Origin: Pirellulaceae bacterium | Lineage (GTDB): Bacteria; Planctomycetota; Planctomycetia; Pirellulales; Pirellulaceae | NCBI GenBank assembly: GCA_041751975.1 | Contig: JBGSHW010000084.1 | Span: 41,745-105,744 of the forward strand | Length of the DNA: 64,000 nt | Direction of reading: 5' to 3' | In this document: in pieces, positions 19,925 to 29,181 of the stretch | How positions within the stretch are numbered: position 1 is the stretch's first letter | Layout: every line of letters starts with the position of its first letter | Program-made: the position numbers and the translations under genes | Notes under the pieces: generated by a model | Database searches by the model: none | What the model was told of the DNA's origin: nothing | Seen by the model: only the letters and a program-made list of their open reading frames with translations

Positions 19925-21478
19925 ATGCAAGTTGGTCTAAAGCGAGAAGGCACCCAGCGAGAAGGCACCCAGCGCGTGGGCATCTTGGCGTTGCTTCACG
20001 AGTCCAATACGTTTTTGGCTGAGCCGACCAGCTTAGCGCGCTTCCACGAAGATCTGTACGTGGAGGGTGAGGCGCTGCGCGAGCGGCTGGCAGAGAGTCA
20101 TCATGAAATCGGTGGCTTCTTCAGCGGTCTTGCCAACTCAGCCAACTCAGGTAACTCGGCCGGAATGCAGAACTTGGAAGTGATTCCACTGTTTGCCGCC
20201 CGCGCCACTCCCTCCGGTCCCATTGCCGCCGAGGCGTTCGATTTTCTGGTTGCGCGGATGCTGGAACTGCTCGCACAGCAACTGCCGCTGGATGGTTTAC
20301 TGGTTGCCGCGCACGGCGCGGCCGTCAGCCAGAATCACTTGGATGCAGATGGCTATTGGTTGAGCCGCGTACGGCAAGCGGTGGGGGCAGAGGTGCCCAT
20401 CATCGCTACTTTGGATCCCCACGCGAACTTGTCGCAAGCCATGGTCGACGCCTGCGATGCACTCATCGCCTATCGCACGAATCCGCATCTCGATCAACGG
20501 CAGCGGGGCGAGGAGGCGGCCAAGCTTCTGCTGGCGACGCTGGCCGGCGACGTACGGCCTTGCATGGCTGCCAGCTTTCCTCCGCTGGTGATCAATATCG
20601 AACGGCAAAGTACCGCTGAACCCCATTTGAAAAAGATTCTCGATCTCGCGGATGAACAACGTAATGAGCCGAAAGTTCTCTCCAACAGTTTGATCCTTGG
20701 GTTTCCTTATGCGGACGTCGCCGAGATGGGAGCGGCCACCATCGTGATTACGGATGACGATCCCGAGCTGGCAAAACAGTTAGCGCACGAACTATCGCGG
20801 CAACTGTGGGACGACCGCGCGCAGATGCTGGGGGTGCTGACCGACGTGGAGCAGGCGCTCGAATTGTGCGCGGCCGAGCCCGCTCAGCGCACGTGCTTGC
20901 TCGATATGGGAGACAACGTGGGAGGAGGTTCGGCGGCGGATGGAACGGTCATTGCCGCAGCGCTCTGCCGCCGGAACTTGGGCCCCGCTTTTGTCTGTTT
21001 GGTGGATCGCGCGGCGGTTGAGGCTTGCACGTTGGCCGGTGTCGGAGCCAGTTTGGAACTTTCCCTGGGAGGTCATACCGATACGCTTCACGGCGAGCCG
21101 CTCCGCGTGCGGGTCCAGGTCGACTCGTTTCACGCTGGCATCTTCCACGAGACCTTGCCCAGGCATGGCGGCATCACTCAATTTGATCAAGGGGACACGG
21201 TAATTGTGCATGCTGCGGAGCATCCGCTGACGATCATGCTCACCTCGCGCCGCATGGTCCCGTTTAGCCTTAATCAGCGCATCGCCTTTGGTGTGCAACC
21301 GGAGCAGTTTCGCGTGCTGGTGGCCAAAGGAGTGCATGCACCCTTAGCAGCTTATCGCGACGTGTGCGAGCGCTTTGTCCGCGTCAACACGCCTGGCATT
21401 ACCTGCGCCGACCTGAACCAGCTCCAATTCAACAACCGCCGCCGCCCCCTCTTCCCCTTCGAGCCAGCAGATTTTTAG
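19925..21478 (+). CDS. M81 family (MlrC-like) metallopeptidase/amidohydrolase
   Basis: HESNTF, AAHGA, TLDPHAN, YRTNPHLD, DMGDNVGGG and VAKG motifs. Confidence 0.92.
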   Translation: MQVGLKREGTQREGTQRVGILALLHESNTFLAEPTSLARFHEDLYVEGEALRERLAESHHEIGGFFSGLANSANSGNSAGMQNLEVIPLFAARATPSGPIAAEAFDFLVARMLELLAQQLPLDGLLVAAHGAAVSQNHLDADGYWLSRVRQAVGAEVPIIATLDPHANLSQAMVDACDALIAYRTNPHLDQRQRGEEAAKLLLATLAGDVRPCMAASFPPLVINIERQSTAEPHLKKILDLADEQRNEPKVLSNSLILGFPYADVAEMGAATIVITDDDPELAKQLAHELSRQLWDDRAQMLGVLTDVEQALELCAAEPAQRTCLLDMGDNVGGGSAADGTVIAAALCRRNLGPAFVCLVDRAAVEACTLAGVGASLELSLGGHTDTLHGEPLRVRVQVDSFHAGIFHETLPRHGGITQFDQGDTVIVHAAEHPLTIMLTSRRMVPFSLNQRIAFGVQPEQFRVLVAKGVHAPLAAYRDVCERFVRVNTPGITCADLNQLQFNNRRRPLFPFEPADF

Positions 21479-21491
21479 GTTATCCCGAGGC

Positions 21492-21529
21492 ACTCGTACT
21501 CCTACTCCTACTCCTACTCCTACTCGTAC
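21492..21529. repeat. TACTC(C/G) hexamer tandem array
   Basis: actcg-tactcc-tactcc-tactcc-tactcc-tactcg-tac, 14 nt after the mlrC stop. Confidence 0.92.
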
Positions 21530-21612
21530 CCCGGCTCTGCCTGGGCACGCACTGTATTGAGGCTCCTGCCTCACTTGCGAGCTCTAACGTCGCAGCGATA
21601 GCTTCCTCCACA

Positions 21613-21937
21613 CTAGTTACTTGATTCGCCCGAAACCAAGTCCCACTCTTTCGTAACAGCTAGGCGAGCCGCCCAAGTACGAAGGTATGCATAGTCGATT
21701 TTTTCACCCTGTATCTTGAGAACACTTCGAATGTCGCGAACATGCTTATCCGACGGGCCCTCTTGGTAGTACTTCAGCTTCATCAAGATGGCATCTTCGG
21801 GTGAAGCAAAGCGCACTGTCATTCCATCGAGAATTGGCAATTCGCGTGTGCGTTCCATTCTTGATTGGTTGAACTCAGACTCAGGTGCAACCATGAAATC
21901 AACTTTCAGACCCGAAGCGGGTTGAATCAAGTTCCAT
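21613..21937 (-). pseudogene. N-terminally deleted nucleotidyltransferase-like gene (C-terminal half only)
   Basis: The 105-aa remnant (IQPASGLKVDF...ASPEDAILMKL...KHVRDIRSVL...IDYAYLRTWA) lacks the N-terminal G-S...DxD core. An out-of-frame ATG GAA CT (ME...) overlapping the upstream gene stop is joined directly to TTG ATT CAA. Confidence 0.6.
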
Positions 21938-22136
21938 GCGACATCCTTTGGGCGACTAGCCTATTTTGTTCCTCTTTCGACAGGCCGGGGTTCTCCGCAG
22001 CAACGATACGTTCGATCATCCGGCGCGCCGATCGCCACATTCCCCACGCAATCTTTAGTCGCTCGGTTTCGGTTTTAGTGGCCAGGACAGCAACCATTTC
22101 AGGGGTGATGTCAGCATCGATGGCTTGTGGGTTCAT
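21927..22136 (-). CDS. Small helical protein partnered with the nucleotidyltransferase-like gene (antitoxin-like)
   Basis: 69 aa MNPQAIDADITPEMVAVLATKTETERLKIAWGMWRSARRM...RMSHGT; overlaps the downstream gene. Confidence 0.7.
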   Translation of the reverse strand: MNPQAIDADITPEMVAVLATKTETERLKIAWGMWRSARRMIERIVAAENPGLSKEEQNRLVAQRMSHGT

Positions 22137-22446
22137 GGGAAATCTAACACGTTGCAATAAGCGATAAACCGGAAGGGTGACGAGGCATTGGACTAGCGGT
22201 TCGAAGGTTTCGAGTCGATTGGGTGGTGCTTGGGCTCGAATGTCCGAGGGAGCACCGATACGAACTCGCCTCAGCCTATCAAACTGTGGGCATTTTCGTA
22301 AGTTGTCGCTTGCCACAGCCAATTGATGCTTGCCTTTAACAAGGCTCCTGCGCCCGCCTCTCTATGTAGAGATTCCCCTCGGGATGTTGTATGATGGAAG
22401 GCGAGTGCTCTATATCTAATTGGATTTTCGGGTTGCGAGAGTCGAG

Positions 22447-22503
22447 CGATTGTCCCAATCGCTTTGGAAACGATTGCTTTGGAAACGATTGGGACAATCG
22501 TTT
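22447..22503. promoter_or_regulatory. Putative multi-site LacI-family operator array
   Basis: 15-bp perfect inverted repeat CGATTGTCCCAATCG / CGATTGGGACAATCG, and four AAnCGnTT cores at 22457, 22468, 22483 and 22496, upstream of the 22581 operon. Confidence 0.55.
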
Positions 22504-22580
22504 TACACTGAAAGACGCCTACCCCCTTACCCTACCTGTCCCTGTTTCCTACCTGAATCTTTTGCCTACCGAACATTGCG

Positions 22581-25073
22581 ATGATGCTACGCTTGCTTCT
22601 ATTGCTCAGTACGATTGCATGCGCGCCGGCAACGGTGAGCGGTGATGACTTGGTTTTCAGCGACTTGGTTTTTAGCGATGATGACCTGCGGTACTTCGAA
22701 CGCAAAATCCGCCCGATCCTCGTCGAACATTGCTACGCTTGCCACTCGAGCGAAGCCGATGTGCTGCACGGTGGACTGCAGTTCGATGACCACTTGTGGC
22801 GGACCGAAGGCAGCGACAGTGGGCCGACGGTAATCGCCGGCCAGCCCGAGCAGAGTTTGCTCATCGAGTCGATCGAATACGCCGGTGGCATGCAAATGCC
22901 CCCTAAGAGCAAATTGCCTGAGGCGGAGATTCGGGAATTGACCGAGTGGGTTCGACGCGGCGCACCCTTTCCCAAAACGGATGCCGCTGCCAAACCACGC
23001 GTTCAGGTGGACTACGACGAGGGACGCAAGTTCTGGTCGTTCCAACCGGTGCAACTCCAGCCTCTGCCGGAGGTCGCCACGGCGCACTGGCCGCAGACGC
23101 GCGGCGATTATTTTGTGCTGGCCGGCATCGAGCGCGCCGGTCTGCAGCCGGCTGTTCCCGCCGACCGAGCGACTTTGATTCGTCGCCTGAGTTTCAATTT
23201 GACCGGCCTTCCACCTTCGCCCGAAGAGGTTCGCAACTTTGTCGAAGCTGGCTCTGCAGCGGCTTACGAACAGTTGCTCGATCGCTGGCTGGCTAGTCCC
23301 GAGTACGGTGAAAAGTGGGGGCGAATGTGGCTGGATTTGGCTCGCTATACCGATGAAACGGAGAGCTGGCTGTTGCAAGAAGGGCAATCGCACTTCTATC
23401 GCGATTGGGTCGTTGAGGCCTTCAACAAGGATCTTCCCTACGACCTTTTTATCCACCAGCAACTTGCCGGCGACTTGCTCCCCGATGCTCAGCCCGCCGA
23501 TCTGGCGGCGCTGGGATTCGTCGGCTTGAGTCCCACCTACTGGAAAGAACTGCAACTCCCCTGCGAAGTCATCAAGGTGATCGTGGCGGATGAATGGGAG
23601 GAACGGGTGGACGCGGTCACAAGCACTTTTCTGGGGCTGACCGTGGCCTGCGCGCGGTGCCACGACCACAAATTCGACCCGATCAGTGCCGCGGACTACT
23701 ACGCTTTGGCCGGTGTGTTCGCCAGTTCGCGTCAAGTTGGCCGACCGCTGATCGCTGAAGAATTTTACAGGCCGGTCCGCGACGCAAAAGCCGAACTAGC
23801 GAAATTGGAACCCGAGTTACCGAAACTCAACGCGGAAGTCGCCCGACTCAACAAAGAGCTTGAGCAAGTGGTTGCACCTGTAGTTAGCGAAGCTATAGTT
23901 AGCGATGCCGTGGTAAGCAATGAACAAGCTGAAAAGCTCAAGCCAACTGAGATCAAGCCAGCTGAGATGTTGCGAGCCGAGTTGGTTCAAACCGAAGAAA
24001 AGCTGGCTGAGGTGACCCAGCGGATCGCGGCGCTCAAGGCAACTCCGGAGTTCGACGCGCCCTTAACCAGCGCTTTGTCCGAAGAGTCGCTGCATGTGGA
24101 GCGGGCGGGAGAAAAGCCGCAGGATGGCACGCGGCTCGTCTATCGCCCCGAACCGCAAGATTTGCCACTGTTTTCGCGGGGGGATCCCAATCGTCCCGGC
24201 GAAATTGTCCCACGCGGTTTCCTCACGGTCCTCTCGGCCACTCCACGTCCCTTTACCCAAGGGAGCGGGCGTTTGGAATTGGCCCAGGCGATGACTACCG
24301 AAGCCGCTCCGCTGGCCGCCCGCGTGCTGGTAAATCGCATTTGGCTAGCCCACTTTGGACAAGGCATTGTTGGCACCCCCAGCAATTTTGGAACGCAGGG
24401 AACTCCGCCGACCCATCCCGAGTTGTTGGATGATCTCACCGCTCGTTTCATGGCCAACGGCTGGTCGATCAAGTGGCTGCAGCGTGAGATCTTGCTCTCG
24501 GCGACTTGGCAACAAGCGGTGGAAGCCTCACCGGCCGCCCTGGCCAGCGATCCCGGCAATCACTGGTTGTCGCACATGAATCGTCGGCGACACGACTTCG
24601 AAGCCTGGCGCGATACGATGTTAACGGCCAGTGGTGCTCTCGATCTGACTGTTGGTGGAGCGGCTGTGAATCTCGATGAAACAGGCAGCCACCGTCGCAC
24701 TCTTTACTGTTTGGTGCACCGACGCGAACTGTCAACCACTTACCAGATTCACGACTTTCCCGATCCCAATCAACACAGCCCGCAGCGCTTTAGCACCACA
24801 ACTCCTTTGCAAGGCCTGTATGCGCTCAATGGTCCCTTGTTGGCCGAGCAAGCGCAACTGCTGGTCGAACGTTTGCAACGCGAGCAGCCGCACGAGGACA
24901 CCGCGCACATCGACCGCGCTCACTGGTTGTTGTTCTCGCGCGCGGCGACAGATGACGAACAACAACTGGGGCTCAGTTACCTCGGTGACAGCCAAGGGCA
25001 GACTCGGCTCGATCGCTGGAAGCAATACGCGCATGCCTTGTTAGCCTCCAACGAAACTCTCTTTTTGGATTAA
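22581..25073 (+). CDS. PSD1/DUF1549/DUF1553 planctomycete cytochrome c domain protein
   Basis: Signal peptide; HCYACH, CARCHDHKFDP, RVLVNRIWLAHFGQGIV and THPELLD motifs. Confidence 0.94.
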   Translation: MMLRLLLLLSTIACAPATVSGDDLVFSDLVFSDDDLRYFERKIRPILVEHCYACHSSEADVLHGGLQFDDHLWRTEGSDSGPTVIAGQPEQSLLIESIEYAGGMQMPPKSKLPEAEIRELTEWVRRGAPFPKTDAAAKPRVQVDYDEGRKFWSFQPVQLQPLPEVATAHWPQTRGDYFVLAGIERAGLQPAVPADRATLIRRLSFNLTGLPPSPEEVRNFVEAGSAAAYEQLLDRWLASPEYGEKWGRMWLDLARYTDETESWLLQEGQSHFYRDWVVEAFNKDLPYDLFIHQQLAGDLLPDAQPADLAALGFVGLSPTYWKELQLPCEVIKVIVADEWEERVDAVTSTFLGLTVACARCHDHKFDPISAADYYALAGVFASSRQVGRPLIAEEFYRPVRDAKAELAKLEPELPKLNAEVARLNKELEQVVAPVVSEAIVSDAVVSNEQAEKLKPTEIKPAEMLRAELVQTEEKLAEVTQRIAALKATPEFDAPLTSALSEESLHVERAGEKPQDGTRLVYRPEPQDLPLFSRGDPNRPGEIVPRGFLTVLSATPRPFTQGSGRLELAQAMTTEAAPLAARVLVNRIWLAHFGQGIVGTPSNFGTQGTPPTHPELLDDLTARFMANGWSIKWLQREILLSATWQQAVEASPAALASDPGNHWLSHMNRRRHDFEAWRDTMLTASGALDLTVGGAAVNLDETGSHRRTLYCLVHRRELSTTYQIHDFPDPNQHSPQRFSTTTPLQGLYALNGPLLAEQAQLLVERLQREQPHEDTAHIDRAHWLLFSRAATDDEQQLGLSYLGDSQGQTRLDRWKQYAHALLASNETLFLD

Positions 25074-25132
25074 GCACCATGCACCATCAACGAGTTGGCA
25101 GTCGCTGCGTTCCAACAGACGGAGGAAACGGG

Positions 25133-26545
25133 ATGCCGGTGGACGCGTTCAATCGTCGCCAACTGCTGCAGCAGTTCGGTGGCGGCATGGGCTTGCTCGG
25201 GGCCGCGGCCTTGCTGGCTTCCGGCGGTGAACTCGCCATGGCGGACCCCAGCAATCCAACTGCTGCGAAAGCGACTGCGGGCACGAATCCTGCGACCCAT
25301 TTTCCGCCGCGGGTTAAGCGGGTCATCCACCTGTTCATGAATGGCGGACCCTTTGGCGCCGATTTGTTCGACCCCAAGCCAGCGCTAGCCAAGTTCGAAG
25401 GGCAAAAACCAGCCGGGGCTGATCTCTTGACCGAGCGTCCCACCGGCGGACTGCTCGCCTCTCCGTTTAAGTTCAAGCGGCATGGTGAAAGTGGATTGCA
25501 GATCAGCGAATTGTTGCCTTACCTGAGTCGCCACGCCGATGATCTGTGCGTGCTCAACGCAATGCATGCCGATAATCCGAACCACGGACCCGCGTTGTTG
25601 CAAATGAACAACGGGACCATTACGCCGACGCGACCAAGTATGGGGGCCTGGATGCTGTATGGACTGGGAACGGAGAACCAGGATTTGCCGGGCTACATTG
25701 TGCTCTGTCCAGGGCGGCCGGTCCGTTTCTCCATTTTGTGGAACAGCGCGTTCCTGCCATCGGCCTATCAAGGTACTTACATCAATCATTCCACGATCGC
25801 ACCGGAGCGAATGGTGCCGCATCTCCGCAACGCGCAATGGGATCCGAGTACGCAGCGGCAGCAGCTCGATCTGTTGCAGCAGATGAACGCGAACCACAAA
25901 GCCACTCGGCCAGGTGATTCGGTCTTGGATGCGCGGATCGCAGCCATGGAGACTGCCTACCGTATGCAATTCCAAGGGAGTGAGGCGTTCGATATCTCGC
26001 GTGAGTCGACTGCCACGCGGGAAGAGTATGGCAGCGGACACTTTGCCAACGGCTGCTTGCTCGCGCGGCGTTTGGTGGAACGCGGCGTCCGTTTTGTGCA
26101 AGTCTACTACGGCGATGGCCAGCCCTGGGATACGCACTCGGGGCACAACGAATCGGTCACCAAGCTATGTCTAGACATCGACCGACCAATCGCTGCTTTG
26201 CTGGCTGATCTGAAACAACGCGGCTTGTTGGAGGACACGCTGGTGGTGTGGGGTGGTGAATTCGGTCGCACACCGACTTCGGAAAACGGCAACGGTCGCG
26301 ACCACAATCATCATGGATTTAGCATGTGGATGGCCGGCGGTGGTGTGCGGGGCGGGATGACTTATGGCGAGACCGATGAGTTCGGTTTTAAAGCGCAAGT
26401 GAACAAGATGCACGTGCACGATTTGCACGCTACCATATTGCATCTGCTGGGACTCGATCACCAGCGATTGACCTTTCGACACGCCGGTCGCGACTTCCGC
26501 TTGACCGATGTACATGGCCATGTAGCCCACGAGATTCTTGCATGA
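25133..26545 (+). CDS. DUF1501 family protein (Tat-exported, sulfatase/phosphatase-like fold)
   Basis: NRRQLL Tat motif; VIHLFMNGGP, LARRLVERGVRFVQ, WDTH and GEFGRTP motifs; strong GGAGG RBS before ATG 25133. Confidence 0.94.
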   Translation: MPVDAFNRRQLLQQFGGGMGLLGAAALLASGGELAMADPSNPTAAKATAGTNPATHFPPRVKRVIHLFMNGGPFGADLFDPKPALAKFEGQKPAGADLLTERPTGGLLASPFKFKRHGESGLQISELLPYLSRHADDLCVLNAMHADNPNHGPALLQMNNGTITPTRPSMGAWMLYGLGTENQDLPGYIVLCPGRPVRFSILWNSAFLPSAYQGTYINHSTIAPERMVPHLRNAQWDPSTQRQQLDLLQQMNANHKATRPGDSVLDARIAAMETAYRMQFQGSEAFDISRESTATREEYGSGHFANGCLLARRLVERGVRFVQVYYGDGQPWDTHSGHNESVTKLCLDIDRPIAALLADLKQRGLLEDTLVVWGGEFGRTPTSENGNGRDHNHHGFSMWMAGGGVRGGMTYGETDEFGFKAQVNKMHVHDLHATILHLLGLDHQRLTFRHAGRDFRLTDVHGHVAHEILA

Positions 26546-27495
26546 AGCTGGCTTCTGTACTGACACCGCTTTCCCACACCAACATGCGTTTGGCGGCCCA
26601 GTGCGGCGTGGAAGGGGTGGTGATCCGCTACCCAGGTAGCACACGGGACGCTTTGTTGGCGGCCAAACAAGTGCCCGAAGCGTACGGGCTGGAAGTCTAC
26701 GCAGTGGAAGGCTATTTGCCGATCGAACGCATCAAACTTGGGGCGGCTGGCCAGGATGAAGACCTGCAAGCGGTCAAGTATCTGATTCGCCACATGGGCT
26801 CCGTGGGCATTCCGCTGCTCTGCTACAACTTCATGGCCGGTACCGATTGGGTCCGGACGCAAATGGATGCACCTGAGCGGGGTGGTGCCAAAGTAACCGC
26901 GTTCAATTTAGCCGATGCCCAGCGCGCGGTCTCACTGAATTCACAAGCCCAGATTGAGTTGACCACGATCGAGGCACCCGAGCTGTGGAACCATCTAGAG
27001 CGATTTTTGCAGGAGGTGATTCCCGTGGCCGAAGCGGCTGGAGTTACTTTGGTCATGCATCCCGACGATCCTCCGTTGCCCCTGTTTCTCGGCAAGGCGC
27101 GGATCATGAACTCGGTGGAGAACTTTGAGCGGTTGATGCAGTTGGTACCTAGCCCGCGGAATGCGATCTGTTTTTGCCAAGGGACGTTTGCCACATTGGG
27201 TGTCGATATTCCCCAGACGATCCTTCGCTTGGGAAAGCACATTCAATACGTTCACTTTCGCGACGTCCGCGGTACGGCCGAAGCGTTTGCGGAAACTTTT
27301 CACGACAATGGTCCAACCGACATGGCCGCCGCCATCCGTGCGCTGCGCGAAATAGGCTTTAATGGTCCGCTCCGCCCCGACCATGTTCCGCAATTGGAAG
27401 GTGAGGATGAGGGGGAGCCCGGTTACACCATGCTGGGACGACTGTTCGCATACGGTTACATCCGCGGTCTGCTGCACGCAACGGAGCCGGTGTGA
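26542..27495 (+). CDS. uxuA: Mannonate dehydratase
   Basis: CYNFM, MHPDDPP, FCQG, HFRDV, FHDNG and RPDHVP motifs; ATGA overlap with DUF1501. Confidence 0.9.
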   Translation: MKLASVLTPLSHTNMRLAAQCGVEGVVIRYPGSTRDALLAAKQVPEAYGLEVYAVEGYLPIERIKLGAAGQDEDLQAVKYLIRHMGSVGIPLLCYNFMAGTDWVRTQMDAPERGGAKVTAFNLADAQRAVSLNSQAQIELTTIEAPELWNHLERFLQEVIPVAEAAGVTLVMHPDDPPLPLFLGKARIMNSVENFERLMQLVPSPRNAICFCQGTFATLGVDIPQTILRLGKHIQYVHFRDVRGTAEAFAETFHDNGPTDMAAAIRALREIGFNGPLRPDHVPQLEGEDEGEPGYTMLGRLFAYGYIRGLLHATEPV

Positions 27496-27870
27496 CTCGA
27501 ATTCCTACTCGAACTCCTACTCCTACTCCTACTCCTACTCGAACTCCTACTCCTACTCCTACTCGAACTCCTACTCCTACTCCTACTCCTACTCCTACTC
27601 CTACTCGTACTCGTACTCGTACTCGTACTCGTACTCCTACTCGTACTCGTACTCCTACTCGAATCGTTCAACCTACCATCAACTGCGAATACCGCTGGGC
27701 GGATTCCGAGTACGGCTACGAAAACCGAGTACGAGTAAGAAAACCGAGTACGGCTACGAAAACCGAGTACGAGTAAGAAAACCGAGTACGAGTAAGAAAA
27801 CCGAGTACGAGTACGGCTACGAAAACTGCGTACGAGTAGGAAACGCGAGTACGAGTACGAGAGCAAAAAC
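27496..27870. repeat. Bipartite low-complexity inverted array: (TACTCC/TACTCG/AACTCC)n arm, about 40-nt spacer, then a 19-nt-period CCGAGTAC..GAAAA arm
   Basis: Left arm about 27496-27665 of hexamers; right arm 27706-27870 of CCGAGTACGGCTACGAAAA and CCGAGTACGAGTAAGAAAA units whose CGAGTA cores are complementary to TACTCG. Confidence 0.96.
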
Positions 27871-27900
27871 CAGATCCAAGAGAGAATTTAGATAAGCGAT

Positions 27901-29154
27901 ATGCCCCGCATCACTGCCATTGAAACAGCGATTCCCGACGCGATCATGCCGAACCTGATTTTGGTTCGGATTCATACCGACGATGGCCTGATCGGCTGCG
28001 GAGAAACGTACTACACGCCGCACGCCATCGAGGGTTTGATCCACGAGTGGATGGCGGAACGTTTGTTGGGAGCCGAAGCGACGGACATCGAGGCGCATTG
28101 GCGGTTCTTGTACGAACGCTGCACACCCTTTGGTGCTCCCGGCGCCGAGATGCGGGCCCTGTCGGCGATCGACGTGGCGCTGTGGGACATCCTGGGGCAA
28201 ATGTGCGGACAGCCGATATGGAAATTGCTCGGTGGTGCAGTGCAGCCACGCGTTCGCATTTACAACACGTGTGGTGGTCCAGGCTATGGAGCGCTGCATG
28301 CCCCCGCTTCTTCCGCTGTCGCCAGCAGTGCCGCACCGCGCGCTGTAAAGCATGCCGGCTGGCCCGGCTACGGCGATGAAGGGCAAGCTGGCCCGTTGCA
28401 GGACAATTGGGCATCTTTTCATGCCGCCGGCGACTTGGCGGAGGGGCTGGTCGCTGAGGGAATCACTGGGATGAAGGTCTGGCCGTTCGATCGCTACGTG
28501 CAGCGAGGTGGTTTGTACATCTCAGCCGCCGACGTAGAAGCAGGAATGCAGCCGCTGCGCGAGATTCGCAAGCGGGTCGGAGATAAGATTGAGATCATGA
28601 TCGAAGGGCATGCATTCTTTCAACTGCCGTCGGCGTTGCGGGTGGCGGAGGCGCTGCGAGAGATTCGTCCGTTCTGGTTGGAGGATGTGCTGCGAGTCGA
28701 CCATATTGGGACGCTGGCCGATTTTCGTCGGCAATCGCGTCTGCCGATCGCTGCCAGTGAAATGTTGTTGGGACGCAGTAATTATCTAGCGGTGTTGCAA
28801 GCGGGTGCGGCCGATTATGTCATGATCGATCCCACGTGGGCGGGTGGGATCAGCGAATCGCGGCGGATCATCGATATGGCCCAGACGTTTAATATCCCGG
28901 CGACGATGCATGATTGCACTGGACCGATGACACTTTTCGCTGGCCTGCATTTGTCGGTCGCTTCGGCCAACGTGGTCTTGCAAGAGACGGTCCGCGCCCA
29001 CATCCGGACCTTTTATGAACGCTTGATCGATCGGCAACCGGTGATCGAGCAAGGTTTTCTATTGGCACCGGTCGACCCGGGGCTCGGTACCACTTTCCAA
29101 AGTAGCCTTTTCGAGTCGAGTAGCAATCGCTGCCGGCGTAGCCAAGTGAGTTAA
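27901..29154 (+). CDS. Mandelate racemase/muconate lactonizing enzyme family (enolase superfamily) sugar-acid dehydratase
   Basis: GCGETY, SAIDVALWDILG, MKVWPF, IEGH, WLED, ASE and HDC motifs. Confidence 0.92.
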   Translation: MPRITAIETAIPDAIMPNLILVRIHTDDGLIGCGETYYTPHAIEGLIHEWMAERLLGAEATDIEAHWRFLYERCTPFGAPGAEMRALSAIDVALWDILGQMCGQPIWKLLGGAVQPRVRIYNTCGGPGYGALHAPASSAVASSAAPRAVKHAGWPGYGDEGQAGPLQDNWASFHAAGDLAEGLVAEGITGMKVWPFDRYVQRGGLYISAADVEAGMQPLREIRKRVGDKIEIMIEGHAFFQLPSALRVAEALREIRPFWLEDVLRVDHIGTLADFRRQSRLPIAASEMLLGRSNYLAVLQAGAADYVMIDPTWAGGISESRRIIDMAQTFNIPATMHDCTGPMTLFAGLHLSVASANVVLQETVRAHIRTFYERLIDRQPVIEQGFLLAPVDPGLGTTFQSSLFESSSNRCRRSQVS

Positions 29155-29181
29155 GCCATTCCATCCAACGTTCGTCATCAT

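Noticed and set aside
19853-21478. MlrC as evidence of a microcystin-degradation cluster
   Set aside because: No mlrA, mlrB or mlrD; the M81 family is broad
22599-23735. 378-aa minus-strand ORF
   Set aside because: Antisense shadow of the PSD1 cytochrome gene; typical of high-GC DNA
27706-27825. 19-nt repeat array as a CRISPR
   Set aside because: Units are contiguous with no unique spacers, are too short, and no cas genes are present
27362-27895. ORFs encoding YSYSYS, TPTPTP or STSTST/RSRSRS tracts
   Set aside because: They are readings of the hexamer array, overlap uxuA, and have no RBS or non-repeat domain
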